This document shows positions 16,847 through 25,040 of a stretch of DNA of 43,165 nt, in pieces. The stretch is from a bacterium. GTDB taxonomy: Bacteria > Arandabacterota > Arandabacteria > Arandabacterales > JALGWA01. Location of the stretch: positions 1 through 43,165 of the forward strand of contig JASFEA010000009.1 in NCBI GenBank assembly GCA_050125095.1, in the 5' to 3' direction. Each line of letters opens with the position of its first letter. Position 1 is the stretch's first letter. A program made the translations under genes and the position numbers. Under the pieces are notes generated by a model. The model saw only the letters and a list, made by a program, of their open reading frames with translations. It ran no database searches and had not been told where the DNA came from.

Positions 16847-18727
16847 GTGGGCGACATATACGACGTGGCGGCATACAGGCGCTTTGCGGACAACCTCTTT
16901 CCCCTTCTTAAGGGGAAAAACATCCGCACGACGTCTCTTGAGGACCTCCGCGAGCCCGCCGTCAGGACGGGCACGAGGACCAAGTTCGGCTCGTACGGCT
17001 GGCGGGCTTCGGTCTCAAGCCGGATAGCCCCCAAGACCGTGTACCTGGGGAGTGAGGACGTCAGGCTTCCCAGGCTCACCGACGTTCATAAGAATATAAT
17101 CGCCGACGCCCCCGACGAACTCCACAAGGTTCTCCACCTTGTCCGTACCCTGCCCTTCGTGCATCTCAAGCGGCAGATGGGAAACAACGACACGTATAAC
17201 CCCATATGCAATCTCTACGTGTCCGTTGAGGACCAGAAGAACTACAGGATCGCCTATATGTGGGGCAACACCATGTTCAAGCCGAGCAAGCGCCCGGGCC
17301 CCGAGTTTACAATGATTCATATTCCGGAGGAGCACACCTTGAGGCAGCAGGTTCTCGTGCTTCCCGAACACCATATCAATATCGCGCTCGGCACCGATTA
17401 CATGGGTGAGGACAAGAAGGGTTTTCTGAGGCAGGCCATGTGGTCGGCCGACAAGCTGGGCATGCTCGGGCTCCACTCGGGCTCCAAGACGGTGACCGTG
17501 AAGTCCATGGACGGCAGCCTCAAGACATACGGAGTCCTTATGTTCGGGCTCACGGCGACGGGCAAGTCCACGTGGTCGACGCACTCTCTCGACCTTGACT
17601 ACAAAGCCGGCGAGGGTACATCGGTCAACCAGGACGACATCGTCTTCTTAAGGCGCGACGGCGCGGCCCTCGGCAGCGAGGACGGCTTCTTCGTCAAGAC
17701 CGACGTCGACGCGAAGCTTCAGGAGGCCCTTTACCACGCGCTCACGCACAAGACCGCTCTTTTCGAGAACGTGATGATAGACTCCAAGGGCAACGTTGAT
17801 TTCCTGGACGAGTCGCTATGCGCCAACGGCCGGGCTGTGATGCAGCGGGACGAGCTCAAGATCAAGGTGGGAGGGAGGCTGAGGAGGATAAGCTCCAGCA
17901 GCGTCAACCTGCCTTCGCTCGAGGAGCTCGACGGCATCATCTTCGCCTTCATCACGCGCCGGAACACCATCATGCCCTTCGCCCAGGAACTTACCCCCGA
18001 GCAGGGCGTGCTTGCCTACCTGTGGGGGGAGTCGACGCATTCATACGCATCCCAGCCCCTCAAGGCCGGGGAGTCGGTTCGCATGGTGGGGACCGACCCC
18101 TTCATCGTGGGATCCAAGGGCGCCAAGGTCAACAAGTTCTACGACATAGTCATGGACCTCGTTGACAAATACCCCGACAAGGTCAAGTTCATGCAGTACA
18201 ACACCGGCGGTATCGGCGAGATTATAAAGACACATGAAGAAGACGGCGTGAAGAAGAAAGAACAGGTCCGAAAGGTCAAGCGGGTGCCGCTGGATGTGAT
18301 GGTCTCGATCCAGAGGGGAGACCTCAAGAACACCAACACATATGAAGAGGGCATCTTTGGGACGCGCGGTATAGTGGCCGCCGAAGGCCAGAGCCTCGAC
18401 AGATTCGATCCGCGCAATTACTACTCTGAGGAGGAGATCGACAGGTATCTCACCGGCATAGTGGAAGGGCGTGAGAAGTACACGGCCGAGATCGCCGAAG
18501 AGGGCCTCCGGGAAGAAGTGCTCCGCGCCGCCGAGAAGTCGTTTGAAATAGCCCCCAGGCGCAAAGGCATGGTCTCGGTGCCCGCGACGGCCCCCGTCCC
18601 CGACAAGGGCGGGGTTGATAAGGAAAAAGCCAGGAAAGCCGCCAAGGAAGAGGAGCCGTCCCCCGTCGAGCGCTTCTGGCAGCCCCTCGGCCGCATACCC
18701 AACCCCCCGCGCCACCGCAAACTCTAG
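16847..18727 (+). CDS. pckA: Phosphoenolpyruvate carboxykinase (ATP), divergent type
   Basis: GTDYMGEDKKG, LHSGSK, FGLTATGKST (kinase-1a), QDD (kinase-2), EDGFFVKT, FENV, NGRA, YNTG. Start set at GTG 16847 after GGAGG, because the promoter lies inside the longer ORF call. Confidence 0.85.
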   Translation: MGDIYDVAAYRRFADNLFPLLKGKNIRTTSLEDLREPAVRTGTRTKFGSYGWRASVSSRIAPKTVYLGSEDVRLPRLTDVHKNIIADAPDELHKVLHLVRTLPFVHLKRQMGNNDTYNPICNLYVSVEDQKNYRIAYMWGNTMFKPSKRPGPEFTMIHIPEEHTLRQQVLVLPEHHINIALGTDYMGEDKKGFLRQAMWSADKLGMLGLHSGSKTVTVKSMDGSLKTYGVLMFGLTATGKSTWSTHSLDLDYKAGEGTSVNQDDIVFLRRDGAALGSEDGFFVKTDVDAKLQEALYHALTHKTALFENVMIDSKGNVDFLDESLCANGRAVMQRDELKIKVGGRLRRISSSSVNLPSLEELDGIIFAFITRRNTIMPFAQELTPEQGVLAYLWGESTHSYASQPLKAGESVRMVGTDPFIVGSKGAKVNKFYDIVMDLVDKYPDKVKFMQYNTGGIGEIIKTHEEDGVKKKEQVRKVKRVPLDVMVSIQRGDLKNTNTYEEGIFGTRGIVAAEGQSLDRFDPRNYYSEEEIDRYLTGIVEGREKYTAEIAEEGLREEVLRAAEKSFEIAPRRKGMVSVPATAPVPDKGGVDKEKARKAAKEEEPSPVERFWQPLGRIPNPPRHRKL

Positions 18728-18779
18728 GGGTCAGGTCTCAAAATGCACAACCTCCAGGGGTCAGGTCTTAGGATGCACA
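18727..18779 (+). repeat. REP-like tandem doublet
   Basis: ggggtcaggtctcaaaatgcaca-acctcca-ggggtcaggtcttaggatgcaca. It begins on the last base of the pckA stop codon. Confidence 0.9.
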
Positions 18780-18834
18780 TCTGATTAGTCCGTTACCTTC
18801 GTATCGCTCACTGAATTTCACTTCCTTAACCTCA

Positions 18835-18863
18835 TTGAATCCGGGCGCATTCTGTGGTATCAT
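18835..18863 (+). promoter_or_regulatory. Sigma70-type promoter with extended -10
   Basis: TTGAAT, 17 nt, TATCAT with a TG extension (TGTGG). SD AGGAGG at 18885-18890. Confidence 0.65.
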
Positions 18864-18899
18864 AATACCCGGGAGTGAGTAAATAGGAGGTGCGAGAGC

Positions 18900-20078
18900 A
18901 TGGGACGCTATGTATCAATCGCAAGTCTGATATTTTCCCTGATCATATCTACCGCTGGCGCCGCAACGTGGTATGTCAGGCCTGACGGCGCCGGCGATGT
19001 TCCCACGATCCAGGCCGCGGTAGACACGCTGGCTCCGGGGGACACCCTCATCCTCGCGAGCGGCGTCTTCACCGGAGACGGCAATATCAATATCGCGGTG
19101 CCAAATCAGAACTTCCTCATCAAATCGGAAACTGAAGACCCTGAGGACTGCGTGATCGACTGTGAGGGCCATCTCGGGCCGGGTAGAATAGGATTCAGCT
19201 TTCCGGCCGGGTCATCGGGCCCTGTAATTCGAGGTGTCACCATTAGGAATGGCTATGGCTGGGGAAGAGGGGGGGCCGCGGACATCGAGGGCTCGCCCAA
19301 GTTCAGGGATTGCAGCTTCGAGTCGAACTACGGGGATTACATGGGAGGGGCCATATCTGTATATGGTGGAACGGGCTTTCCCGATTTCAAGAATTGCTCC
19401 TTTGTGTCGAATGAGGCAGCGGTTGATGGCGGGGCCATCTATATCGACGGCGTGGTGCTTGTGGTTACCGTTGACTCCTGTTACTTCTATGACAACGTGG
19501 GATATAACGGCGGCGCAATCTGCTGCTATATGCACGAAGCTGAGGCACACATCTTGAATTCCGTCTTCGTTGGCAACCTGGCTTATTATAGCGGGGGCGC
19601 CATAGCGGTCGTCGATATGTTTGCGGAGATACACAACTGCACTTTCTTCGAAAACTCCTCGCCCACAGGCAGCGGGATCGCCGACTTCGGGGGACCACTG
19701 GGCTGTGCCTGCAGCGACGTCCGGAGATGCATCATCGCCTATGGAGTGGGAGGCAGCGGGTATTTCCAGTCCACATTCTGCGAGTGGAACGATCCACTCT
19801 ACTGCACCAACCTCTATGGCAACGAGGGAGGTGACTGGACGGACAGCATCGCCGTGAGGCTCGGGGTGGACGGCAACATCTGTGAGGAGCCCGCATTCTG
19901 TGATATTGACTTCGAGCCCTATGACTTGAGTCTGTGTGACTGCTCCCCCTGTCTTCCCGGCAACCATCCAGACGGGTATGATTGCGGCTTGATCGGGGCG
20001 CTCGGTGAGGGCTGCGTATGTGACCCCACGGCGGTCAGGCCCACCACCTGGGGCGGAATCAAGGCGCTCTACAGATAG
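18900..20078 (+). CDS. Secreted right-handed beta-helix (pectin-lyase-like / Pmp-repeat) protein with C-terminal TWGGIKALYR motif
   Basis: Signal peptide, TWYVRPDGAGDVPTIQAAVD, repeated F..N....GGAI, GNICEEPAFC, SPCLPGN, ending PTTWGGIKALYR. Confidence 0.85.
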   Translation: MGRYVSIASLIFSLIISTAGAATWYVRPDGAGDVPTIQAAVDTLAPGDTLILASGVFTGDGNINIAVPNQNFLIKSETEDPEDCVIDCEGHLGPGRIGFSFPAGSSGPVIRGVTIRNGYGWGRGGAADIEGSPKFRDCSFESNYGDYMGGAISVYGGTGFPDFKNCSFVSNEAAVDGGAIYIDGVVLVVTVDSCYFYDNVGYNGGAICCYMHEAEAHILNSVFVGNLAYYSGGAIAVVDMFAEIHNCTFFENSSPTGSGIADFGGPLGCACSDVRRCIIAYGVGGSGYFQSTFCEWNDPLYCTNLYGNEGGDWTDSIAVRLGVDGNICEEPAFCDIDFEPYDLSLCDCSPCLPGNHPDGYDCGLIGALGEGCVCDPTAVRPTTWGGIKALYR

Positions 20079-20089
20079 CCGGGATCCCG

Positions 20090-20142
20090 GGGGTCAGGTC
20101 TCAGAATGCACAACCTCCAGGGGTCAGGTCTTGAAATGCACA
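20090..20142 (+). repeat. REP-like tandem doublet, direct repeat of 18727-18779
   Basis: ggggtcaggtctcagaatgcaca-acctcca-ggggtcaggtcttgaaatgcaca. It is 49/53 identical to 18727-18779, including the spacer, and is preceded by the palindrome ccgggatcccgg (20079-20090). Confidence 0.9.
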
Positions 20143-20261
20143 GCACTTCCTGCGCGGGTGCGAAGGCGTTCCGCCGAGGCTTCGTGTTGTAAAGAAGCCA
20201 CCGGTGGAATGCCGAGCATATCCCACGACGCCGTCCATTGTGCAATTCAAGACCTGACCCC
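20120..20261. mobile_element. REPIN/MITE-like element of 142 bp bounded by inverted REP-like units
   Basis: 20120-20142 and 20239-20261 are 22/23 inverted repeats, with a concentric internal hairpin at 20165-20213. No transposase in the window. Confidence 0.55.
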
Positions 20262-20303
20262 CAAAATGCACAGCCTTTTATCACTGTAACTCCCTATATT
20301 CCA

Positions 20304-20332
20304 TTGACTTTGAGCCGACCCTGTGGTATTAT
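20304..20332 (+). promoter_or_regulatory. Orphan sigma70-type promoter with extended -10
   Basis: TTGACT (20304-20309), 17 nt, TATTAT (20327-20332) with a TG extension. No credible plus-strand CDS follows. Confidence 0.6.
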
Positions 20333-20370
20333 GGTATTTGAAAATTCGAAGACATCGGGGATCGGCTTCG

Positions 20371-20429
20371 ATAAAGCGTCCGGGCAAATCTTGAAATCCA
20401 GCGGAGACTGCCCGGGCGCGTTATTTATA
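20371..20429. terminator. Possible bidirectional intrinsic terminator
   Basis: Stem gcgtccgggca (20376-20386) / tgcccgggcgc (20409-20419), flanked by ataaa and gttatttat, downstream of the convergent stop at 20462. The 22-nt loop is unusually large. Confidence 0.4.
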
Positions 20430-20461
20430 AGGCCTGTAGCCGCTATGAAGGCTGAAATCCC

Positions 20462-21631
20462 TCACTGGCGCGCCGGCGGAGGATTGCCGTAGATCTTCAT
20501 GTAGACATAGGTCTGACTACCCCACTCGCAGTAGTCGTCTCTTAAATGGAAGTACAGCGTAAACTCACCCGACGGAGCGATGAAGAGATCGCCATACCTG
20601 GGATAGTACCAGGCCGCCGAATCGCTGGGGGTCTTCCAGTATATCCCAGGGTAGTCGCTCAGCGAGTAAACCAATCCGGTTAGTCTCGTGGCATACTCGC
20701 CGGCTTCGCCAAAGGACTTGAAGCACAGCGTGTCCCCCTCGAAAACTTGCACGGGAACATCCATATTGCCCGGGTTCGATGTGGAACGTGATGCTATGAA
20801 AGGTCCCAGTTTTCCGAGGCAAGGTCCTTTGAAGCACTGGATGGTGGCCGAAGGCTTGGTGTCGATGTCATCGGCGATCTGTACTTCAAGTATGTTGCGA
20901 TCGTATGAGTATACCTTCTCGCGAGCGCCCGCATTGTCTCTGGCCTGCAAGAAGATAGTCATCGGATTCACGGGGTCGCTGTAGAAATTGGCTAGCAACG
21001 TGTCGGTCGAAGTCGTCCACTCCGACCACTTGCTGGGGTCCCATTCAGGTGGCGGCTCGCCCGGCGGGTATTCCCAGTAGGGCTTCCTCGCCATTCTGTA
21101 CTCGAGCACTTCCCCGTCCTCATCGCTTCCATTCCACGCCAGGCGGAGGCAGTTTGGTTGAGTCGTCTTCCCTGGGGCAGGATAGGTGAACCATGATTGC
21201 GGAAGCACCGTGGACGTCGTGAAGCTCTCATATGGCGGGTTGGTGTCAACGGCTCCGCCGTTATCGACCGCGCGCACGAAGAACGTGTAACTTGTAGAGC
21301 ATGTGCCGGCTTCTGAACAGAGGTCGGCGTTCAGCGTAAATGTAGATTCGTTAACGGTCACTTTTTCCCAGGTGAGCTCGTCCTCGAAGAGCGACGCTCG
21401 CAGCATAACCTGGCCTGTCTGCCAGGCGACTTCGTAATAGGAAACCCGGCCGTCCGGGTCGTTTCCCGTCCATACGATATGAGCCCGGTACTGCTGCTCC
21501 GGGAGAAGCTCCAGGGATTGGATAGTCGTAGTAGGGGGAAGGTTTGGTCCCGCACTCCCGCCGTCGTCGCCGCAGGATACGGCGAGCCCCATCACACCCA
21601 ATAGCGTGAAGACAGCAATCCTTCTTCTCAT
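20462..21631 (-). CDS. Lipoprotein with Fn3/Ig-like beta-sandwich repeats
   Basis: MRRRIAVFTLLGVMGLAVSC lipobox. Repeated WTGNDPDGRVSYY / WNGSDEDGEVLEY and FFVRAVDNGGA / FLQARDNAGA. Confidence 0.85.
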   Translation of the reverse strand: MRRRIAVFTLLGVMGLAVSCGDDGGSAGPNLPPTTTIQSLELLPEQQYRAHIVWTGNDPDGRVSYYEVAWQTGQVMLRASLFEDELTWEKVTVNESTFTLNADLCSEAGTCSTSYTFFVRAVDNGGAVDTNPPYESFTTSTVLPQSWFTYPAPGKTTQPNCLRLAWNGSDEDGEVLEYRMARKPYWEYPPGEPPPEWDPSKWSEWTTSTDTLLANFYSDPVNPMTIFLQARDNAGAREKVYSYDRNILEVQIADDIDTKPSATIQCFKGPCLGKLGPFIASRSTSNPGNMDVPVQVFEGDTLCFKSFGEAGEYATRLTGLVYSLSDYPGIYWKTPSDSAAWYYPRYGDLFIAPSGEFTLYFHLRDDYCEWGSQTYVYMKIYGNPPPARQ

Positions 21632-21634
21632 AGA

Positions 21635-22516
21635 CTACGCTCCGAAGTTGAGGGTGAACTTGAAACTCGCGCCCCCGATGTTGGTCTGGGGCGAATCTGG
21701 TATCTTGACATCGTCCACTTTCCACTGCCCGCGGCTTACCCTGGCCCAGAGATATGACCCGGAGAAGTCCAAAGACATCCAGGGCACCACCCAGGCCCGG
21801 ATCTCGAAATAGGGCTCGAGCGCGAAGAAAGCAGCGCTCAAGATCGATGTGATGTTGAGGTCGTCCGCGGCAACCGAGTCATCCGTGGTTTCCTCAAATG
21901 GCAGCCAGGCGCCGTCCCAGCCGGCCACCGAACTCGAGTTCCGCTTGCGCGTGACCTTTATGCCTCCGCCGCCGATGAGCGCGCCCAGCGTGCCCTCGAC
22001 CCAGTCGGTGCCCTTGTTGAGCCCCACGATGAGGCCGCCGTAGCCGAGTTCGACCTTGACCTCGCGCGAGCAGCAGTCGGGTATGCCGCTGGTCTCCGTC
22101 CAGCCGCCGTAACCCCCGCCTCCTATGATGAAGGAGTGTATGCGCCCGTAGCCGCGGCCGCCTACAAGGAATATGTCCTCCGAGAGCGGCGATATGCCCA
22201 TCTCGCAGACCTTCTCGTTCAGGACATCGAAGTTGGCCCTGAGGTAACCGAAAGTGACGCCGCCGCCACCACCGCCGTCCCGGCGCTTGCGGCTCCTGCA
22301 CCTCCGGCAGTCGTCATCGTCGTCCCAATCGTCCCAGTCCTCATCATCGTCGTCACGCCCCGAATCCAGCGAGAGCCGCGGGGGAGATGCCTCGTCCACT
22401 TCCACCACTCGCGCCAGGCGCGTCTCGAAGTCGGGTCCGTCCTCACCGGCCAGCGCGCCGGCGGGGAGCATGGACGCGATAACGAGGGCACATATGGCTA
22501 TGGTTGTCCTTATCAT
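21635..22516 (-). CDS. Putative outer-membrane beta-barrel protein
   Basis: Signal peptide, Gly/aromatic-rich amphipathic strands, C-terminal FKFTLNFGA. Acidic-basic low-complexity N-terminal segment. SD AGGAGG. Confidence 0.65.
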   Translation of the reverse strand: MIRTTIAICALVIASMLPAGALAGEDGPDFETRLARVVEVDEASPPRLSLDSGRDDDDEDWDDWDDDDDCRRCRSRKRRDGGGGGGVTFGYLRANFDVLNEKVCEMGISPLSEDIFLVGGRGYGRIHSFIIGGGGYGGWTETSGIPDCCSREVKVELGYGGLIVGLNKGTDWVEGTLGALIGGGGIKVTRKRNSSSVAGWDGAWLPFEETTDDSVAADDLNITSILSAAFFALEPYFEIRAWVVPWMSLDFSGSYLWARVSRGQWKVDDVKIPDSPQTNIGGASFKFTLNFGA

Positions 22517-22647
22517 AGTAGTCTCCTCCTTAATTTACTCACTAAAGGGGTAGGTCTCAAGGGCTCAACTGCCATACTAGCGAATATTGTGGGGACAGGT
22601 CAACGGGAATGGGATTCGAAGACCGCGGCCGGAAACAGGCCGCCGCT

Positions 22648-24009
22648 CTAGTGGAAGAGCCCCTTCTTTATGTCCTGGCGCATGTCCTCCATGCTCTCTT
22701 CTCGGGCCTCTATCTCCTGGGCCATCTCCGCCTCCTCGATGACTGTGGGGGAGATGAAGACGAGGAGCTCGGATTTGGTGGTCTGTTCGCGCTTGCTGCG
22801 GAACAGAAATCCCAAGAACGGGATATCGCCCAGCAGGGGCGTCTTGGACATGCTCTGCAGCGTGATGTCCTTGAGGAGACCGCCTATGATCACGGTGCCG
22901 CCGTCCGACACCTTGATGGTGGTCTCAACCGATCTCCGGTCGACAACAGGCGTTCCGTTGAACCACTCGACGACCTCGCTTATCTCCGGGCGTATCTTGA
23001 GATATACAGAGCCGTCGGGGGCGAGCTGGGGCGTCGCCTCCAGCGTTATGCCGACGTCCACGAACTCTATCTCCGTCTTGGAAGTCGTCGAGCCGTACTG
23101 GCTGAGCTCGGTAAGCGTGCTCACATAGGGCACCTTCTCAAGCACCTTGATGACCGCGGGCTCGTTGTTGAGCGTGGCGACCCTGGGCGCCGAGAGGAGG
23201 TCCAGGTTGGTGTCCCGGGCCAGAGCCTGGAGTATGACGTCGACGTCGTTCTTGCTTGCGCGGAACTCGAAACCGCTATAAGCCGGCGTGTCGTTTGTAA
23301 CCGTTCCCGTGAGGTCCACGTTCTCCTCGCCGGCCTCAGGGGCCAGGGTCTGAATCCAGTCCGAGGACAGGCCGTCCACTCCGAAGAGGGATGCGTTGAG
23401 AACGCTCCAGTTGATGCCCATCTCATCATCCGAACCGAGGCTGACTTCCACGATCCTCGCCTCGATCATGACCTGCTTCTGGCGGAGGTCCGAGAGGTTT
23501 AGGAAGGCCTCTATCCTGTCGAGATTGGCGGCCCGGTCGATCACCATGACGCTTGCCGCGGCCGGGTCTACTAACAGCTGGCCGTCCTCCGAGAGCAGGG
23601 CCTGCAATTTATCCTGGAGGTCATCGTTGACCTTGTAGCCCAGGTGGAAGACACGCTTCACCGGCCTCTCCTGGGATACCATGATTATGTCGCCCCTCAT
23701 CTCCCAGCCGCAGCCCACCATGGTTAGCACGGCCTCGAGGGCCTGGCCGACGGTGATGTTCTCGAAATTGGCCGTCACCGTACCCTGTATGTTGGCTTCC
23801 ATTACGACGCTTATGCCATAGTCCCTGGAGAAGGCCTTGAGCACGTCGTTTATGTCCGCACCGGCGAAACTCATTGAGACGGTGGCCTGAAGCGCCTCAT
23901 TGTCTTCGAATGGGTTTCCCAGAAGCGGCGCGGCAGCAAGGGTGAGCGCCAGCGCGAGAGACGCCGACAGCAGAGCGGTCTTCATAGTCATAGGTTCATC
24001 CCCATTCAC
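22648..24009 (-). CDS. Secretin (GspD/PilQ family), short form
   Basis: Signal peptide, STN-like SMSFAGADINDVL, N-domain, QVMIEARIVEV, LSAPRVATLNN, VGITLEATPQ, IIGGLL, PLLGDIPFLGFLFR, ELLVFISPTVI. Confidence 0.92.
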   Translation of the reverse strand: MNGDEPMTMKTALLSASLALALTLAAAPLLGNPFEDNEALQATVSMSFAGADINDVLKAFSRDYGISVVMEANIQGTVTANFENITVGQALEAVLTMVGCGWEMRGDIIMVSQERPVKRVFHLGYKVNDDLQDKLQALLSEDGQLLVDPAAASVMVIDRAANLDRIEAFLNLSDLRQKQVMIEARIVEVSLGSDDEMGINWSVLNASLFGVDGLSSDWIQTLAPEAGEENVDLTGTVTNDTPAYSGFEFRASKNDVDVILQALARDTNLDLLSAPRVATLNNEPAVIKVLEKVPYVSTLTELSQYGSTTSKTEIEFVDVGITLEATPQLAPDGSVYLKIRPEISEVVEWFNGTPVVDRRSVETTIKVSDGGTVIIGGLLKDITLQSMSKTPLLGDIPFLGFLFRSKREQTTKSELLVFISPTVIEEAEMAQEIEAREESMEDMRQDIKKGLFH

Positions 24010-24488
24010 TCGATATATATGGTCTTCGTCCCTGTATCATATTCGACAATAACGCTGTTTCTGTTTATGGTTATTATCCGGCCAGCGCCCAGCCTGTCGC
24101 CCTCTTTGAGGAGAACGTCGCCGGCGAGCACGTATCTTTCCTCTCCCGAGATGATTACGCCCGTTATGGCTGTGCTGGTGTATGCGCTCCTGGGCTTGGG
24201 TGCGGCCGTAACCTGCGAGGTCGAGGGCCCGGCGGACGCGGCAACCCTGGTTATGGCGGCACCTGTGAACGGGTTCCGGCCCCAGGACTCGGCAGGCTTG
24301 TACCCGCCCGTAGCCCAGTTGGGGTCATCCGCCTGGACGAGGTCCGCCCCGGCTCCGATCTCTTCGTACACGAAGCTCCGCTTGCGTGGTTTCTTGCCCG
24401 CGTAGTGGAATATATTGTAGGCGATGACTATGGCAAGCGTGCATAACACGGCTATCTGCAATTTGCGGTTCTCCAGTCTCGACGCCAT
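24006..24488 (-). CDS. PilP/GspC-like periplasmic assembly protein
   Basis: N-terminal TM, WGRNPF, ITGVIISG, LKEGDRLG..RIITINRNSVIV. Lies directly upstream of the secretin. Confidence 0.65.
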   Translation of the reverse strand: MASRLENRKLQIAVLCTLAIVIAYNIFHYAGKKPRKRSFVYEEIGAGADLVQADDPNWATGGYKPAESWGRNPFTGAAITRVAASAGPSTSQVTAAPKPRSAYTSTAITGVIISGEERYVLAGDVLLKEGDRLGAGRIITINRNSVIVEYDTGTKTIYIE

Positions 24489-24491
24489 CTT

Positions 24492-25040
24492 CTACCTCGG
24501 TATTCCGTGAAGCCTTACAGCCATAGACACATCGAGCCAGTCCCGGTCAGGAGACTTGCTCACAATCCTCAGGTAATCCAGCATCTCGTCGGGACCTTCC
24601 GCCTGGATCCGGGCAAGAAAGCCGGCGGCCTCCAGCAGGCTCGCCGATAGGCTCACGTCGAGCCTCGAGACGACATATTCCTGGAACTCCTCGACCTCAC
24701 CGCCCATGAGCGTAATTTCCTGCTTCTCGGTATGGACCGCGTCGAATGCCATTTCCTCGACGCCCGTTTTCTCCTGGGCTCTCTTGAGCGACGCTATGAA
24801 CGCGGCGATCTCGGGGAGCTCGGGGATCTCGGCGGGCCGGTCCCGCTCGGTCCCGTCGGTCTGGAGCCTGACTTCCAGGAGAGATCTCTGAATCTCGGCC
24901 TCAATGCGCTTGAGCTCTTCCCGCTTCTGTCTCATCTTCGCAAGGGCCGGGAGCAGGTCCACAGCTACGAGTATGGCGCTCAACAGCACTACAAGCGCCA
25001 GTATGCCGAGGAGTATTTTCAGCCTGCGCGTCACCTTCAT
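24492..25040 (-). CDS. PilO/GspM-like inner-membrane protein
   Basis: TM helix, coiled coil and ferredoxin-like periplasmic pattern. Gene order is PilM/N-O-P-Q. Confidence 0.6.
   Translation of the reverse strand: MKVTRRLKILLGILALVVLLSAILVAVDLLPALAKMRQKREELKRIEAEIQRSLLEVRLQTDGTERDRPAEIPELPEIAAFIASLKRAQEKTGVEEMAFDAVHTEKQEITLMGGEVEEFQEYVVSRLDVSLSASLLEAAGFLARIQAEGPDEMLDYLRIVSKSPDRDWLDVSMAVRLHGIPR

Noticed and set aside
18727-20261. GGGGTCAGGTC repeats as a CRISPR array
   Set aside because: Only two units per cluster, 7-nt spacers (identical in two clusters), clusters dispersed, and no cas genes.
20079-20261. Integron attC site after the cassette-like gene
   Set aside because: No RYYYAAC...GTTRRRY core pair bounding the hairpin, and no integrase in the window.
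20238-20492. 84-aa ORF across the repeat and orphan promoter
   Set aside because: It starts inside the repeat, its internal ATG overlaps the -10 box, and it has no SD or recognisable motif.
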